Below, piece after piece: positions 15,856 to 19,162 of a DNA stretch of 19,162 nucleotides. Below the pieces are notes generated by a model. That model did no database searches. It was given only the letters and a program-made list of their open reading frames with translations, and had not been told where the DNA came from. Origin of the DNA: an uncultured Gemmatimonadota bacterium (GTDB lineage: Bacteria; SM23-81; DAOVCL01); assembly GCA_964626665.1 (NCBI GenBank), contig CAZVGK010000043.1, positions 1 to 19,162 on the forward strand, written 5' to 3'. The stretch's first letter is position 1, and each line of letters starts with the position of its first letter. A program made the translations under genes and the position numbers.

Positions 15856-16458
15856 CTAAGGATTTTCCCTGAGAACCGTCTTTAAATCATTCTCAATCCA
15901 ACGGGCGGCGTCCAATAGATGCGTGGCTACCCAGGATGGCTTCACCCCTCTCTGTAAGGTTTCCTGCCCCATCCCAGTAAGGACCAAGATCGCTTTGGCC
16001 TCTACCCGTGAGGCCAGTTCCATATCCTCCTCCTTGTCTCCTACGACATAGGAGATCTTTGGATTGATGAGGAAATAGGCCGCGGCCCTGAAGACCATTC
16101 CCGGGTTTGGTTTGCGGCAGAAGCAATCCTTGCGGTAGTTCTCATCTCCATAAAGGGGATGATGAGGACAGTAGTAAATCCCATTTAACCTGGCCCCCTC
16201 TTTCTGTAGTTGCTTCCCCATATACCCATTTATCTCCCGCAGCCTCTCCTCAGTAAGCAATTCCCTGGCTACTCCCGACTGGTTGGTGACGACCACCGTC
16301 TTCAATCCCAGCCTATTAAATAACTTTATTGCCTCTGCCGAATGGGGAAGAAGGGCGAAATCATCCACCCTGGTGATATAGCCCCGCGACTCGTTTATCG
16401 TCCCATCCCGGTCTAAGAAACCCCCAGGGCCTAAAATTGTATTCTCTTTCATCTGCAT
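15856..16458 (-). CDS. gmhB: D-glycero-D-manno-heptose 1,7-bisphosphate phosphatase (HAD IIIA)
   Basis: FLDRDGTIN, VVTNQSGVAR, YYCPHHP...CFCRKPNPG, VVGDK, LVLTG. Start at ATG 16458 or 16452; the ORF-track extension to 16611 is repeat-derived. Confidence 0.92.
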   Translation of the reverse strand: MQMKENTILGPGGFLDRDGTINESRGYITRVDDFALLPHSAEAIKLFNRLGLKTVVVTNQSGVARELLTEERLREINGYMGKQLQKEGARLNGIYYCPHHPLYGDENYRKDCFCRKPNPGMVFRAAAYFLINPKISYVVGDKEEDMELASRVEAKAILVLTGMGQETLQRGVKPSWVATHLLDAARWIENDLKTVLRENP

Positions 16459-16464
16459 TCTGTT

Positions 16465-16678
16465 ACAGCGCGGCAAAGCCGCAATCAAATAATTCACCGC
16501 AAAGTCGCAAAGTTTAAAACAAAAGACCCACCACGGATACACATGGAGTAGCACGGAAAGTGAATAGAGACTGTCGTCAGATGGGGGCATCTGACGACTG
16601 AGGAATTTCAATTTTCGGGGTTCTGCTTTTTTCCGTGCTGATCCGTGGTAAGGAGACCCTCAGCTAAAGCTGGGTAGA
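16465..16678. repeat. Repeat mosaic between the GT9 gene and gmhB
   Basis: acagcgcggcaaagccgc...cgcaaag (inverted copy of 14414-14462); CACGGA-type triad 16532/16542/16552; gtcgtcagat-gggggc-atctgacgac (16573-16598); TCCGTG 16632/16642; cagc-taaa-gctg-ggtaga (16661-16678). Confidence 0.85.
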
Positions 16679-17698
16679 ATTGCTACTTAATATGTCGGAG
16701 GCAGCCTTGAGGACATCACCGACGGTGATTCCCTCCATACAGAACCTTTTTGATCTTTGGCATCTTCCTTCACCGTGGAGGCTACAGGGACTGCAGGGCT
16801 CGTTTGTGGAGAGGACTATGTCCCCCTCCCCCAAGGGGGTAAAGCCCAACTTGGGGTGGGTGGGGCCAAATATGGCCACGACTGGAGTTCCCACCCCCGT
16901 GGCGATGTGCATCGGGCCTGAGTCGTTGGTGATGAGCAGATCACACCGCTCCAAGAGTGCCATCAGGAGGCGGAGATCTGTCCTCCCTGCAGCATTGATT
17001 GATTCTGTTTTCATTAACTTGGCCATTTTCCTGGTTAACGGCTGTTCTTCCTCATTTCCAAAGAGGATTACTTTTGTTTTCTCCCTTTTAGCCAGGTTTT
17101 CCCCTACCTGGGAAAACCTCTTTAGGGGCCAACGTTTCTTCTCCCATTTTGCGCCAGGGCTTATCCCTACCAGCTTCTCCCCGTAAAATCCCTCCTGTTG
17201 AAGAAATTCCCTGGCTTCCTTCCTTTCCCTTTCATTAAGGTACAACCTGGGGAGGGGTTGAGGGCTATGGTTAACCCCTAAGGGGGCCAGGGCCCTGAGG
17301 TAGAGGTCAACCGTGTGAATGGGGTGGAAAGGGATCCATTTGAACCTGGTCAATGCCCATCTGCTCAGATGTCTCTTCTTATATCTTATCCGGCGAGATG
17401 CCTTCAGTCTGAGGGGAAGAAGGAGGAGGCTTTTGAGGTTGGCCTGAAGGTCCAGGAAGAGATCGAACCTTTCCCTCCTTAGACTGCTTAGGTCGTCCTC
17501 CCAGGTAAAGATCTCATCCAGATCTGGGTTGTGGAGAAGGAGATCTCGATATTGCCTTTTGGTCAAGAAGGCTATCTTGGCTTGAGGGAACCTCCTTTTC
17601 AAGGCCTTGAGGAGTGGGGTGGTCAATACGATGTCCCCCATGGAACTCAAGCGGACAACTAATATCTTCTGCAAATCAGCCCCCGGGAAGTTCACCAC
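16664..17698 (-). CDS. waaF: LPS heptosyltransferase II-like glycosyltransferase family 9
   Basis: 344 aa. KILVVRLSSMGDIVLTTP, PGAKWEKKRWP, LITNDSGPMHIA, VVAIFGPT, CSPC. WaaF versus another GT9 is not resolvable by eye. Confidence 0.8.
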   Translation of the reverse strand: MVNFPGADLQKILVVRLSSMGDIVLTTPLLKALKRRFPQAKIAFLTKRQYRDLLLHNPDLDEIFTWEDDLSSLRRERFDLFLDLQANLKSLLLLPLRLKASRRIRYKKRHLSRWALTRFKWIPFHPIHTVDLYLRALAPLGVNHSPQPLPRLYLNERERKEAREFLQQEGFYGEKLVGISPGAKWEKKRWPLKRFSQVGENLAKREKTKVILFGNEEEQPLTRKMAKLMKTESINAAGRTDLRLLMALLERCDLLITNDSGPMHIATGVGTPVVAIFGPTHPKLGFTPLGEGDIVLSTNEPCSPCSLHGEGRCQRSKRFCMEGITVGDVLKAASDILSSNSTQL

Positions 17699-18016
17699 GG
17701 AATCTCACGGAATTACACAGACATTTCCCCGAGCGGTCAGATGCCCTCATCTGACCGCCAGTGGCAGAACAGGGGTTCTGCCACCTCGAATTTTCCGTGT
17801 TGCTCCGTGTAAGTCCGTGGTGGGTCTTCTTCTCTTCTACCGCACTTTAGTGCGGGTTTAGGACCTTTAGGCCCCCTGTACGGGCTAAAGCCCCTTGAAA
17901 AAAAAAATTGTAAATTGCTAATTGTTAATTGATCATTGTAATTGTTTCGTTCCTCAGGGCTTCTGCCACCTCAGGTGACTCATTACTCATTACTCATTGA
18001 TAAATTGCTAATTGTT
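17693..18016. repeat. Repeat mosaic between uppP and the GT9 gene
   Basis: CACGGA-type triad 17696/17706/17716; C hairpin 17729-17758; D hairpin 17761-17788; TCCGTG 17794/17804/17814; ctaccgcac-ttta-gtgcggg 17837-17856; gggctaaagccc; heptamers 17906-17944 and 17981-18016; half-D 17955-17974. Confidence 0.9.
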
Positions 18017-18887
18017 AGTGCCTTATCCCCAGGGCAATTAGGCCCAATATCCCCACTCCCCAACAATAATAGGAAAAACCCCACAGCTTCCCCTTTCTGA
18101 TTAGTCTCAGGAGGAAGGCTATGGCTAAGTAACCAGAGCCCAGGGAGAATAGGGCAGCAATGATGTAGGAGGCAGGGAGTTGGTTGAGCTCCTTCAGCTC
18201 CAGAAGGTTTGCTCCCAATATGGCGATGACTGCTAAAAGAAAGGAAAATTCAGCCGATTTCTCTCCAGCTATCCCCAGCAAAAGGCCAAAAGATATGGTT
18301 GTCCCGGAGCGAGAGATCCCCGGCAAGATGGCCAAGGCCTGTGCCGTGCCGATGAGCAGGGAGTTTGTGGGGGAGAGGGTTGCCCCCCTTTGTTTGGCGA
18401 ATTTGGTGGAAAAGAGGATGAATCCGGTAATGAGAAGCATTCCACAGACGAGGTAGGGATTGTGGAAGATCTTTTCGATGGAGTTGCGGAGGAGAAGACC
18501 AATGATCCCCGCAGGGATGGACCCTAATATAAGGTAAAGGAGGAGGCGACGGTTCTCCTGGTCCCTTTTTTGGGGGTAGATAAAGGCTCTAATGATCTCC
18601 CAGATCTTGCGGCGAAAATAGAGGAGCACGGCCAGCCAGGTTCCCAAGTGGACCAAAACCTCTAAGCCAAGGCCCTTTGTTTTTACCCCTAAGATTTTTT
18701 CGGCGAGGACCAGATGGCCGGAGCTGGAGACAGGAAGAAACTCGGTCAATCCCTGCACCGTCCCTAAAATTATGCCTTGAAGCAGAGAGGGATTCGTCTC
18801 CGTTTCTGAAGAGGAAGAGGAACCAAGGCCCCAAACCGTTAAGAAGAGGAAGAGAATTGCGGTAATTAAAAGGATTTTCTTTCCCAT
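18015..18887 (-). CDS. uppP: Undecaprenyl-diphosphate phosphatase (BacA family)
   Basis: LGTVQGLTEFLPVSSSGHL, VHLGT, SIPAGIIG, QALAILPGISRSGTTI, AEFSFLL, FSYYC. Start at ATG 18887 (or GTG 18899). Confidence 0.95.
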   Translation of the reverse strand: MGKKILLITAILFLFLTVWGLGSSSSSETETNPSLLQGIILGTVQGLTEFLPVSSSGHLVLAEKILGVKTKGLGLEVLVHLGTWLAVLLYFRRKIWEIIRAFIYPQKRDQENRRLLLYLILGSIPAGIIGLLLRNSIEKIFHNPYLVCGMLLITGFILFSTKFAKQRGATLSPTNSLLIGTAQALAILPGISRSGTTISFGLLLGIAGEKSAEFSFLLAVIAILGANLLELKELNQLPASYIIAALFSLGSGYLAIAFLLRLIRKGKLWGFSYYCWGVGILGLIALGIRH

Positions 18888-18895
18888 TATTTTTT

Positions 18896-18986
18896 CCACC
18901 GTACTTTAGTGCGGGTTTCCCCGAGCCGTCAGATCCCCTGATCTGACGGCAGGAATGTGGCAGAACGGGGCTTCTGCCACCTCAGG
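18896..18986. repeat. TTTA-loop hairpin plus B/D inverted hairpin doublet upstream of uppP
   Basis: ccaccgtac-ttta-gtgcggg (18896-18915); ccgag-ccgtcagat-cccctg-atctgacgg-c (18921-18950); gtggcagaa-cggggc-ttctgccac-ctca (18957-18984). Confidence 0.85.
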
Positions 18987-18992
18987 TTGTGC

Positions 18993-19081
18993 CGTCATTG
19001 CGAGTCCCGATGAAATCGGGATGAAGCAATCCCATTGAGATTGCTTCGTCGCCAGAAAAATTCGGGCTCCTCGCAATGACG
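18993..19081. repeat. CGTC-tagged palindromic element (RPE/REP-like)
   Basis: CGTCATTGCGAG...CTCGCAATGACG 12-bp terminal palindrome with inner GAAGCAATC/GATTGCTTC and tcccgat-gaa-atcggga hairpins. Confidence 0.85.
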
Positions 19082-19108
19082 AAATAGGTTTTGCAAGGAA
19101 AGGCATTG

Positions 19109-19162
19109 GCATTGTAGATTTCCTAAGTTGAGTCAAGCCGTTTTTTGGAAAAAATCGTTCTT
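19109..19162. repeat. Right copy of the 54-bp terminal inverted repeat
   Basis: Exact reverse complement of 1-54. Confidence 0.95.

Noticed and set aside
16459-16611. Long N-terminal extensions in the ORF track (gmhB; also 4135-4242 and 7066-7179)
   Set aside because: Better downstream starts exist (RBS, signal peptide or family N-terminus); the extensions cover repeats or promoter DNA.
916-18865. Numerous plus-strand and alternate-frame ORFs (e.g. 8418-8984, 16680-17186, 15243-15620, 5463-5645)
   Set aside because: Shadow ORFs overlapping well-supported minus-strand genes; no recognisable motifs.
7113-18986. CRISPR array interpretation of the ~30-bp palindromic repeats
   Set aside because: Copies are dispersed or inverted, not regularly spaced direct repeats with unique spacers; no cas genes.
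18906-19136. 76-aa minus-strand ORF
   Set aside because: Consists entirely of translated palindromic repeats and the terminal IR; no RBS or family motif.
1-19162. Linear plasmid or phage with terminal inverted repeats
   Set aside because: Content is chromosomal housekeeping (valS, priA, uppP, LPS genes) with no replication, terminal-protein or virion genes.

Overview
Bacterial chromosomal segment, probably a whole contig, from a diderm (LPS-heptose genes present). It carries 16 credible genes, all on the minus strand. In transcription order (right to left): uppP, waaF-like GT9 heptosyltransferase, gmhB, NusG-II protein, Gx-transporter-like protein, comEC, DUF4388 protein, small membrane protein, valS, DUF4139 protein, an islet of two toxin-antitoxin pairs (antitoxin + RelE/ParE; PIN + small downstream ORF), TPR lipoprotein, priA. 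The genes are mostly housekeeping; the unusual part is the non-coding DNA. Almost every long intergenic spacer (200-500 bp) is a mosaic of recurring repeat modules: (i) CGAG-footed hairpins with covarying stems, often as inverted doublets or triplets; (ii) TTTA/TAAA-loop hairpins; (iii) exactly 10-bp-periodic TCCGTG triads, some as inverted pairs bracketing cargo; (iv) heptamer tandem tracts; (v) a 63-bp MITE with 13-bp TIRs, found twice at the same position inside a TCCGTG triad; (vi) GGAG-, GTAG- and CGTC-tagged palindromes. The first and last 54 bp of the window are a perfect inverted repeat. No transposase or RAYT gene is in the window. Protein oddities: ValRS has both class I signature motifs altered (TMGH, WMSKS), the ComEC MBL domain has lost its metal ligands, and UppP has a signal-like N-terminal extension. 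Family assignments come from motif recognition by eye, not database searches.
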